Assembly (NCBI GenBank): GCA_021836035.1
Contig: JAKBJL010000002.1
Span: 71,484 to 135,483, forward strand
DNA: 64,000 nucleotides
Source of the DNA: a bacterium
GTDB lineage: Bacteria > Patescibacteriota > Microgenomatia > JAMCZE01
Direction: 5' to 3'
Shown here in pieces: positions 56,834 through 64,000 of the stretch. Positions within the stretch are counted from its first letter, which is position 1. Each line of letters starts with the position of its first letter. The notes beneath the pieces were generated by a model. The model did no database searches. It had not been told where the DNA came from and was given only the letters and a program-made list of their open reading frames with translations. The position numbers were made by a program, and so were the translations under genes.

Positions 56834-58638
56834 TTATCCGTTACTAAGGAAACCAGATCGGTATTCGCCGGTACTTCCGCTTCGATCAGGCGGAAAGCGG
56901 GAGTATTATCAGGATAAGAGATAGTTTGCCAGACTTTCATCCGCGGCCTGACTTCCGCAGGTTTATAACTCCTTTGAAGATCCCCTTTAATAAAACCGGG
57001 CGGCAAATCTTCATCCCAGTCGATAAGCAGCAGGCGCTTAGACGGTGCCTCAAGAAAACGCGAGGCGTCATAAATTTTACCCCAGGCAATCGATCCGGGA
57101 AAATAATAATTCGCAAAACTGCGGACATGAACAAAACCCTCGCTGGTTGCCGGATACCTTACGGCCTCTTGCCAGTAAAGTGCGGGCGGAAAACTCTGAT
57201 AAAAAAGGAAAAAAATGTAAGGCGAACGGTCGGGATGAGGTACCACGACCATATCAAATTCCTTTTGCCGGCTGATTGCCGATTTCACCGCTTCTCTTAA
57301 GCCATAATTCCAGGCTCCGGCGCGCTGGGCCGCTTCCAGGGGTCCGTAATTCCAAATCTCGGGAGATGTTTGGGGGAAGTGCACAAAATAAGCATCCACA
57401 AAAAGCAAATTGCCGTATATATAGGCGCCGCCCAGAAACGCCAGGCCGGCCAAGGACAGAACCCGGGACAAATTTCTTAATATCCGGTAAATAAACAACA
57501 ATCCGTAGGCGGAAATGAGGGGAATTACTCCCGCGGCGAAAATCGACCGGCTGAAATGGGGCGCATCCCGGGTTATGGTTGCCGGCAACGGAGCTAACAG
57601 CAACCACGAAAGTAAAATCCATTTATTAGACAGCCGGCTATTTAACAAACCTAAGATCCCGGCAAGAAGCAAAAAGTAATCGAGGTAATTTAAGTTGCCC
57701 CGATCGGGAAGATTATGTTGAATGTTAGTACCGCCGCCTTCTACTAAAAATTGGGGCGAGAAAAAGTTGAGATAATTATTGGCGGATTGCTGCAGCATAT
57801 AAACCAGTCGGTTGTGAAGCAGGGGAACCAGCGGCTCCAATATTCCGTGCGGTTGACTACGCGGTAAATCAATAATTTTATTTAATTGAGCCCGGTCGCT
57901 TAATAAGCCGATTCCGGAAATTTTCACCACATCCGCCCCGGTTAAAGTGGTCAGTAAACTTAAGGCCCACAAAACGATAAAAACTAGCCCGGTTGTTAGG
58001 CTTAACCAACCCCGCGGCAGATTTTTCCTTTGCAGAAAGAGAAAAATAACCAGGAATGCCGGAATGAAAACATGGCTGGCATGATAGGAAAAAAGGGTAG
58101 CGGCCATTAGTAAAGCCGATAAAACCAGTAAAACACGGTGCCTGTCAGAATCATAAAAAGAAAGCACAGCGCCTAAAAATAAAGCCAAAGCAAAGTTTGC
58201 TTCATAAGCCGCCCTGCTGAAAAAAACGCTCCAGGGCAAAAAAGCGAAAAGGGCTGCCGAAATCAGCGCCAAAATATCCCGGTATTTATCCTCCGGATAG
58301 ATTTTGCGGGCCAGGAAAAAAAGCAGAATAACGCTAAGTACCCCGGAGGTGGCGGATACAAAGCGAACGGCAAACTCCGTTAAAGAAAACAGCTTTACCG
58401 CCGGAATAGTAGCAAAAACGTAAAGCGGCAATTTCCAGTCGCCGAAAGATTCGAGCGACAACGGAAAAAACCGCCCGTACTCATCCCGGCCGGTGGTTAA
58501 GAGGGAATAGGCCGTGTAGCCGATTGAGGCCTCGTCGCGGTTTAATCCTACCGGAACGGTCCCCAGCTCGTAAAAACGCAATAATATAGCCATCAGCAGG
58601 ACTAACCCCAGGGAAAAACCCAGCAATTTTTTGCTCAT
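56830..58638 (-). CDS. GT-C membrane glycosyltransferase (ArnT/PMT-like, DEA class)
   Basis: RDEA, DWKLP, VRF.SA, SRAAYEAN, PH..R, WNYG. Confidence 0.88.
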   Translation of the reverse strand: MSKKLLGFSLGLVLLMAILLRFYELGTVPVGLNRDEASIGYTAYSLLTTGRDEYGRFFPLSLESFGDWKLPLYVFATIPAVKLFSLTEFAVRFVSATSGVLSVILLFFLARKIYPEDKYRDILALISAALFAFLPWSVFFSRAAYEANFALALFLGAVLSFYDSDRHRVLLVLSALLMAATLFSYHASHVFIPAFLVIFLFLQRKNLPRGWLSLTTGLVFIVLWALSLLTTLTGADVVKISGIGLLSDRAQLNKIIDLPRSQPHGILEPLVPLLHNRLVYMLQQSANNYLNFFSPQFLVEGGGTNIQHNLPDRGNLNYLDYFLLLAGILGLLNSRLSNKWILLSWLLLAPLPATITRDAPHFSRSIFAAGVIPLISAYGLLFIYRILRNLSRVLSLAGLAFLGGAYIYGNLLFVDAYFVHFPQTSPEIWNYGPLEAAQRAGAWNYGLREAVKSAISRQKEFDMVVVPHPDRSPYIFFLFYQSFPPALYWQEAVRYPATSEGFVHVRSFANYYFPGSIAWGKIYDASRFLEAPSKRLLLIDWDEDLPPGFIKGDLQRSYKPAEVRPRMKVWQTISYPDNTPAFRLIEAEVPANTDLVSLVTDK

Positions 58639-60188
58639 TAAATTCCCTCCAGTTTTACTACGGAAATATTTCCCGGAAAATCTTTCTGCTCAAGAATCTT
58701 CCCCATTCTCTGTAGCCCTTTTTGCCACTCTGCCCTCGCTGCCGGCCTGTCCCTGTCCGGCTCTAAGATTAAATAGTATAACCCTCCGATCTTTCGGGGA
58801 ATTTTAACCTGCTCTCCGATTCCTAACGGCGGTACCGCCACATTTAAATTCTGCGGCGCATAGCCGTAAGTTTTCCGGCCGTACCAATAAAAATCATATT
58901 GCCAGATATAATCATAGACCGGCGGGGTATAGGCAAAAAAAGCAAATTTATTTCCTCCTGCCGAATGGTACACGTAATCTACCACCCGGATTTGGTTGCG
59001 GAGAGTCCCGGTATCCCCCGGACCGGGATTGGTTAGGCCGGCTAAACCTTCGCCGCTGACCAGGCTGGCCGAGAGCCCCCAAATGCTCAGGCCCAGTATT
59101 AAATAACGGGTCAGATTGGCGCTCTGCCAAAGCACGGCAAAGGGGATAACGATTAAAAGGGCATAAACTACCGGTAATCCGGCACGGTACCAAGCCCAAA
59201 GCGGTCCCGGATATAAGCTGAAACCAAGGTAAAATACCGCCAGAACCGTAAGGAGAATTTTTAAAACATTTAAACAGGGTACTAATTTTTGGCGATAAGC
59301 GGTAATCCAACCCCAGAGGGCCAGCAAGGTCACCGGCAAAATAAAATACCAGGCAGATAGCGGCATGGCCATTTGGATAAAATCGGCGGCCATGGTTTTA
59401 GCGCGTTCCCAGAACCGAAGATAGAGAGGCAGGGCTGAGCCGTAAAGGCTGCGGTTCTCGCCGGTCAGAAAATGCAGCAAACTGTTAGCCATTAAAAAGC
59501 GGTGCCGGATATCGAAAATCACCTGGGGTAAAAATGTCAGCAACAGGATACCTAAACCCAGGAAAAAATAGCGGGACTTTAAAGTATTTGTTTTTTTAAA
59601 AATTAACAGCAGCGCCAATATCACCGGAAGAGTAAAAACGGCAAAGCCGATCTCCAACTGGAAAAAGACACCAACCAATAACCACCAAAGCAGCCAAAAA
59701 ACATCCCGCCGGTTAACCATAATTTCGTAGGCGCACCAGATAAAGAAAAAGAACAGATAGGCTAGCGGCAGAGGACTTAAAACCACCTGAGAACCGCCGA
59801 TAAAATGCGGGCTCAGCAGCAGAAAAATATAAGTGGCGACAGCTTCCTTTTCTCCCCATATCCGACGCACGATAAAGTAAGCCGCAACTGTTGCCGCCAG
59901 ACTAAAAATTACCAGATAGAGCATATTAGCTGCGGGATTACCGCCGCTTAAAAGGAACGGCACGGCTAAAAACCAGGTCCAGAGCGGTCCCATCAGCACC
60001 CCTTCCAAACCGCTGTATCGGCTGATCAGGTTGAGCTTATGATCTACAACCAGCTGCTTGACCATGATCATATCCAGGCCCTGATCAAAACCGAAAAAAA
60101 CGCCGTTGTGGATGAGCGGAATAATCCGCAGGAATGCTGCCAGCAGAAAAACAACTATTAAAACAAGTGGTTTAATCTTTGAACGCAT
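58638..60188 (-). CDS. GT-C membrane glycosyltransferase (ArnT/PMT-like, FDQ class)
   Basis: FGFDQGLD, GP, GGNP. Polytopic with a soluble C-terminal domain. Start placed at ATG 60188. Confidence 0.8.
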   Translation of the reverse strand: MRSKIKPLVLIVVFLLAAFLRIIPLIHNGVFFGFDQGLDMIMVKQLVVDHKLNLISRYSGLEGVLMGPLWTWFLAVPFLLSGGNPAANMLYLVIFSLAATVAAYFIVRRIWGEKEAVATYIFLLLSPHFIGGSQVVLSPLPLAYLFFFFIWCAYEIMVNRRDVFWLLWWLLVGVFFQLEIGFAVFTLPVILALLLIFKKTNTLKSRYFFLGLGILLLTFLPQVIFDIRHRFLMANSLLHFLTGENRSLYGSALPLYLRFWERAKTMAADFIQMAMPLSAWYFILPVTLLALWGWITAYRQKLVPCLNVLKILLTVLAVFYLGFSLYPGPLWAWYRAGLPVVYALLIVIPFAVLWQSANLTRYLILGLSIWGLSASLVSGEGLAGLTNPGPGDTGTLRNQIRVVDYVYHSAGGNKFAFFAYTPPVYDYIWQYDFYWYGRKTYGYAPQNLNVAVPPLGIGEQVKIPRKIGGLYYLILEPDRDRPAARAEWQKGLQRMGKILEQKDFPGNISVVKLEGI

Positions 60189-61083
60189 AGCAGTCATACA
60201 AATCATTAGCATAATAAGGAACTATTAAACGCGGCAAACCAAAAGTTTTTATCGCACCTTGCGCTACCGCGGCTAATTTTTTGTTGATCGCCTTTAGGCG
60301 GGAGGCCAGATAACCCAGGGAAAGGCGGCGCCAATGCGGGCGGAAGATTACTTTGGAAAAACCGATGCGCTGAAGATAACTATCCGCTGTCCGGCGGCTT
60401 AAAAAGACCCGGTGCATTTCCATATACCAGGGCCATTTACTGCCCATAAATCTCGCCAGGGGGCTCTCCGGATCAACAGTTGAAAAGGCCAATACTCCCC
60501 CGGATTTTAAATACCGGCAAACTTTTTTTAACTCGGCTACGGGGTCGGCAAAGTGTTCGATTACGTCCCACATGGTAATAACATCAAAACTGTTTTCAGG
60601 AAATACGCCCGAGGCGAAAGGTTTATTAATTAAATCAATTTGGTAGTTCTTCAGGGCAAACTCTACCGCCCAACGGTTGGGCTCCAGTCCCCGGGCGTTC
60701 CAACCGCGATCGCGGGCAATTTTGACAAAAAGCCCGGTATTGGTGCCCACGTCCAACAGCTTTCCCCGCTCCGGGTAAATTTTTTCCAGCTTAGAGAGAT
60801 AAATTTCAAAAGTCTTGCGGCGGGCTTCTTGTTCCGCAAAATAAAGGGGATCCTGGGAAACTTCATAATAGGTACTGATCCGTTCCTGGGATAGGTTTTC
60901 ATTGCTGTAGATCATTCCGCAAAGGTCGCATTTTACAATCGGTCCGTGCATCCCGAAGCCGCAGTTGGTACAGGAAAATTCCCCGGCCTTCAGGGAACCG
61001 GTATTATTAGTCGGAGGATAAATCAGCTTTACCGCCCCTTGGCCGCAAAAACGGCAATGATCAGTTTTTTTCCGTACATCCAT
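60172..61083 (-). CDS. Class I SAM-dependent methyltransferase with N-terminal Cys-rich region
   Basis: CRFC, CTNC and CDLC motifs. LLDVGTNTG, GLEPN, FDVITMWDVIEH, LKSGG. Confidence 0.9.
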   Translation of the reverse strand: MDVRKKTDHCRFCGQGAVKLIYPPTNNTGSLKAGEFSCTNCGFGMHGPIVKCDLCGMIYSNENLSQERISTYYEVSQDPLYFAEQEARRKTFEIYLSKLEKIYPERGKLLDVGTNTGLFVKIARDRGWNARGLEPNRWAVEFALKNYQIDLINKPFASGVFPENSFDVITMWDVIEHFADPVAELKKVCRYLKSGGVLAFSTVDPESPLARFMGSKWPWYMEMHRVFLSRRTADSYLQRIGFSKVIFRPHWRRLSLGYLASRLKAINKKLAAVAQGAIKTFGLPRLIVPYYANDLYDCYAFKD

Positions 61084-62581
61084 AGGCGACTCTCTTCTGA
61101 ACGGTAAATTGCCCGAATCTCTTTTCGGAAATTAAATTGGATTCCCGGTTTTCGCCGTCATAAAACTCACTGACAAACCATCCGGCGATACCTCTTTGCG
61201 GCTCCGCAATAACATACCGCCGGCAAGTCCCCTCCGCCCCCTCGGGTAAACTGCCCGGAAACTGTGGATTATTGCCCCAGGAAAAAGCAGGAAAGTAGCC
61301 GTAGGATTTTCCGTATTGCCGGTAAAGATAAGCCCAGGTGGTTTGAATCTTGAGCGGCATGGAAAGAGTTTTAATCTGGAATTTTTCTCCCGCGGCTTCA
61401 CGGTAAGTATAATCCACAACCGCCCGTTCATCCCGCAGCATCATGCCGTTTTGAACCGCCAATAATCCCCAGACCAGCCCGTTTCTTCCCTGGCTAAGCA
61501 ATAATTTAATATTACCAAGGAGTATGAGGATAATCAGCAAAGTTAAAACCGCTTTATTCCTTATTAGCTTCAACATTAAAAATACCGTAAGGAGGGTAAG
61601 GGGTATGGCAACGCCGATATTGGTCATAAAATAACCCAGGGTGGCAATATTGGCAAAATACAGAACCAGCGGACCGGCAACCCAGACCAGTAAAAAAAGC
61701 ATTTCCCGGCGGTAGCGTTGCTCTTTTAAAGCAAGATAAAGGAGAAGGAAAAAAACCAATGCCGAGAAAAATAAGCTGAAACCAAATAAATTAAGATAAA
61801 TATGCTGGAAATATTTCTCGAGAATGACGGTTAGATGATCGCTTACCCGGTAAAGTTCCTGCCCGGAGGAAGCAAAAAACTTTAACAAGGATACGGTCAT
61901 TCTGAGCGGATACTTAATTTCAGCTAGAAGATAATTTCCGATTGTCCCCCCAAAAACCAGGAGGGAAATAAGCAGCCACTTCCGGTTAATTTCAACAGTC
62001 TTGTGATATAAAAATAAATTGACCGGGGGAATAATCGCCAGGTATATTAAAAAAAATTCGAAATGGATAGCCGTCCCCAGGCCCGCGGCTAACAGCACCA
62101 GGCCCCAGGGTTTGTTTTTTAAAAAGAAAAGCAGGCAGCCGAGGTAAAATATCAAAACGGATATCATTGCGGGTGAAGGATTGGCCGCGTAATAGGAATA
62201 CTGGTATTGCTCAAAGGAAAAAGCATAAAAAAGGGCCGCCAGGAGTCCCGCCTTTTTCCCGAACAAAAGGCTTCCGATAAGATAGACCAGAAATACCCCG
62301 CCGGCATTTAAGACCATAAGCGCGGCAAACGGCAATTGCGGATCGCCGCGGGACAAAGCGTAAAAAGGGCCGATTAAATAATAGTAAAGCGGCCCCTGGA
62401 AGACACCGCTAATATCCGTGGGCGGACCGAGAAGCTTAATACTGCGATCCCCTATCCATTGCCGGGAAACATAAGCATCCCTCGCCTGATCAAAGCCGAA
62501 ATAAATATTGCCCGGGAAGTAGACAAAACGATAGAGCAGAGCGCCAGCAAAAACCGCTAGCAGGATAAGCCAATACTTCAC
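61061..62581 (-). CDS. GT-C membrane glycosyltransferase (ArnT/PMT-like, FDQ class)
   Basis: FGFDQARD, LLGP, QGPLYYYL, GDP, NP. Polytopic. Confidence 0.83.
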   Translation of the reverse strand: MKYWLILLAVFAGALLYRFVYFPGNIYFGFDQARDAYVSRQWIGDRSIKLLGPPTDISGVFQGPLYYYLIGPFYALSRGDPQLPFAALMVLNAGGVFLVYLIGSLLFGKKAGLLAALFYAFSFEQYQYSYYAANPSPAMISVLIFYLGCLLFFLKNKPWGLVLLAAGLGTAIHFEFFLIYLAIIPPVNLFLYHKTVEINRKWLLISLLVFGGTIGNYLLAEIKYPLRMTVSLLKFFASSGQELYRVSDHLTVILEKYFQHIYLNLFGFSLFFSALVFFLLLYLALKEQRYRREMLFLLVWVAGPLVLYFANIATLGYFMTNIGVAIPLTLLTVFLMLKLIRNKAVLTLLIILILLGNIKLLLSQGRNGLVWGLLAVQNGMMLRDERAVVDYTYREAAGEKFQIKTLSMPLKIQTTWAYLYRQYGKSYGYFPAFSWGNNPQFPGSLPEGAEGTCRRYVIAEPQRGIAGWFVSEFYDGENRESNLISEKRFGQFTVQKRVAYGCTEKN

Positions 62582-62593
62582 TAGGCTATTCTA

Positions 62594-63895
62594 TCAGAAA
62601 TTTTTAACTACCTTAATATCCCCGAAAGTTGCCCCGCTTTCAGAGCTTAAATCCCCGGGGAGAAAGAGGGTGTAACGGGAATTAACAGCGCCGGATTGAG
62701 CCTGAGGATCGCGTAGCCAAAACAGGTAGGGAAAACCGTTATTTAATCCCGGTGCCGCCATAACCCCGTAAGTCACCTGGGGGCACTGACAGTTTGCCAA
62801 AACATAATTTACCGCCCGCTCTTTAGAAAGGAGGCTATAGGGATTTGCCGCGACCATAAAACTCCTGAGATTAAGATAAAAAAACACCGCGGCTGCGATT
62901 GGCAATAACGCCCGTCCGACCCCGCTTCCGGCCAGACGACGGGCGAGGGTAGCGTAAATTAAAATAATCGCGGGAAAAGTTAACAAAAAATAATATTCCG
63001 GAACGGGACCGGGATAAAAAGAGAACACTAAAAGCGGGACGGCGATCCAGATTAAATATTCCCGGATGTGCTGCCGGGCCAACCATATTACCGCCGCTAT
63101 CATAATTATCCCCTGCCAGGCACCCGGTAAGCCGAAAATGGCCAAAAAATTCTGGATATTAATCCTGGCCAGGAGCAGCATTTTAAAAATAAACGGATAA
63201 GCTGCGCCCGGCTGCGCGCCCGCCGTAAAAATCTCCCCAAATCTCTGAACCTCCCCGAATCCGTGCCTCAGTTCAAAAAGAAGCGAAGGCAGGATAAGGA
63301 GGATAAAACCGGCTAACCCCAGATAAACCGAGCTACGGGAGGCTTTGAATTTATGGCCCAAGCCCTCCGCAAGAGATACCGGCAACATTAACATTCCGGT
63401 AGGATGAAAATTCCAGCTGACGCCTGATAATAAGAAACTCACGGGGATATTCTGCCGGAATTCCCAGGCTAATAACGCCAGGAAAATCAAGGGATTGGAA
63501 GGCGCGCTACCCCGGTCTACTAAAATAATCCGGAAGGAAAAAATATAGATAAAGAGGGCCCATATCCCGCCGAGCCGATAGATCAAAACCATGCTCCCGA
63601 GAGCGAAAAACATCTGCAAGACATTTCCCGCTAACGGGTTCATTCCCCCCAGAAAATAAAAAACGCTTAACAGGTAATAATACCCCGGGCCGGTAAATAT
63701 CCCGCCGAGGGAAATTTGCTGCCCGATGAGGGAAATTTTATGATCCACTAAAAAACTTTTTATCCACCAAGCGGCAGCTTCCTGGTCAAAATCAAAGCCG
63801 GCAAAGCGCTCAATTTGATAAAAGCGAATAGCTAAACCCAAAGCCATAAATCCGGCCGCCAAAAAAAACTTCAGAAAACGCTTATTTTTAATCAC
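62594..63895 (-). CDS. GT-C membrane glycosyltransferase (FDQ class, compact)
   Basis: FDFDQE, LIGQ, GPGYYYL, NP, FELRH, EYY. Confidence 0.8.
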   Translation of the reverse strand: MIKNKRFLKFFLAAGFMALGLAIRFYQIERFAGFDFDQEAAAWWIKSFLVDHKISLIGQQISLGGIFTGPGYYYLLSVFYFLGGMNPLAGNVLQMFFALGSMVLIYRLGGIWALFIYIFSFRIILVDRGSAPSNPLIFLALLAWEFRQNIPVSFLLSGVSWNFHPTGMLMLPVSLAEGLGHKFKASRSSVYLGLAGFILLILPSLLFELRHGFGEVQRFGEIFTAGAQPGAAYPFIFKMLLLARINIQNFLAIFGLPGAWQGIIMIAAVIWLARQHIREYLIWIAVPLLVFSFYPGPVPEYYFLLTFPAIILIYATLARRLAGSGVGRALLPIAAAVFFYLNLRSFMVAANPYSLLSKERAVNYVLANCQCPQVTYGVMAAPGLNNGFPYLFWLRDPQAQSGAVNSRYTLFLPGDLSSESGATFGDIKVVKNF

Positions 63896-63999
63896 AGTTT
63901 TATGATGCCGACGGCACCGAAGCGGGTTGCCAGAGCATTTGTATCTACTAAAAAATAAGGCAGGATAATCTTGTAAGTTCGGTGGGTGGCAACGGACAT
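63892..63999 (-). CDS. C-terminal end of a further probable FDQ-class GT-C protein (partial)
   Basis: Hand translation ...RTYKIILPYFLVDTNALATRFGAVGIIKL* resembles the tail of 62594-63895 (RYTLFLP...ATFGDIKVVK). The stop overlaps the next start (GTGA). Confidence 0.6.
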   Translation of the reverse strand: MSVATHRTYKIILPYFLVDTNALATRFGAVGIIKL

Positions 64000-64000
64000 G

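Noticed and set aside
25124-58638. WxYG(Y) motif of DEA-class GT-Cs as the OST WWDYG motif
   Set aside because: It precedes the first soluble helix instead of following the first strand, and it lacks WWD. The similarity is superficial.
2039-63086. Many short antisense or alternate-frame ORFs in the track (60-168 aa)
   Set aside because: They lie within well-supported genes and show no recognisable motifs. They are expected shadow ORFs.
9928-63895. Lipid A L-Ara4N modification (arnT) or polymyxin resistance
   Set aside because: No arnA/B/D or lipid A genes are in the window. ArnT is only the nearest named family.
1-64000. CRISPR arrays, tRNA/rRNA, transposases, integrases, reverse transcriptase/DGR
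   Set aside because: No repeat-spacer periodicity, no non-coding space large enough, and no such protein motifs. The 95-bp YfhO repeat differs mainly at synonymous sites and has no RT nearby.
1-64000. Alternative genetic code (TGA recoding)
   Set aside because: TGA ends many genes at expected positions, including ATGA overlaps, and the proteins are full length under code 11.

Overview
The window is almost entirely a very large cell-surface glycosylation locus. The gene style (tight overlaps, few Shine-Dalgarno sites, TGA as stop, these paralogue families) suggests a Patescibacteria/CPR genome of the Microgenomates type, but that is inference. Bases 1 to about 9,050 form a more AT-rich module: GT4/GT2 glycosyltransferases, a Wzm/Wzt ABC glycan exporter, an SDR nucleotide-sugar enzyme, two methyltransferases, divergent promoters and decayed gene remnants. 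From 6,188 to the right edge, about 58 kb of genes run on the minus strand with almost no gaps. This run holds 23 complete and 1 partial polytopic GT-C-type proteins (ArnT/PMT-like DE and DQ classes, four YfhO-like, three PTPS-related-family, one PIG-V-like, one MptA/B-like and others). It also holds four polyprenyl-phosphate-sugar synthase-like GT2s (one near a DUF2304/GacJ-like partner), three WaaE-like GT2s, several GT4s, a Wzx flippase and SAM methyltransferases. Smaller signals include degenerate 7-bp repeat arrays, a probable leaderless promoter, an internally deleted GT4 relic, a truncated second wzm and a stand-alone GT-C sub-module. I saw no rRNA, tRNA, CRISPR array, transposase or integrase. 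Family calls come from motif recognition by eye, not database searches.
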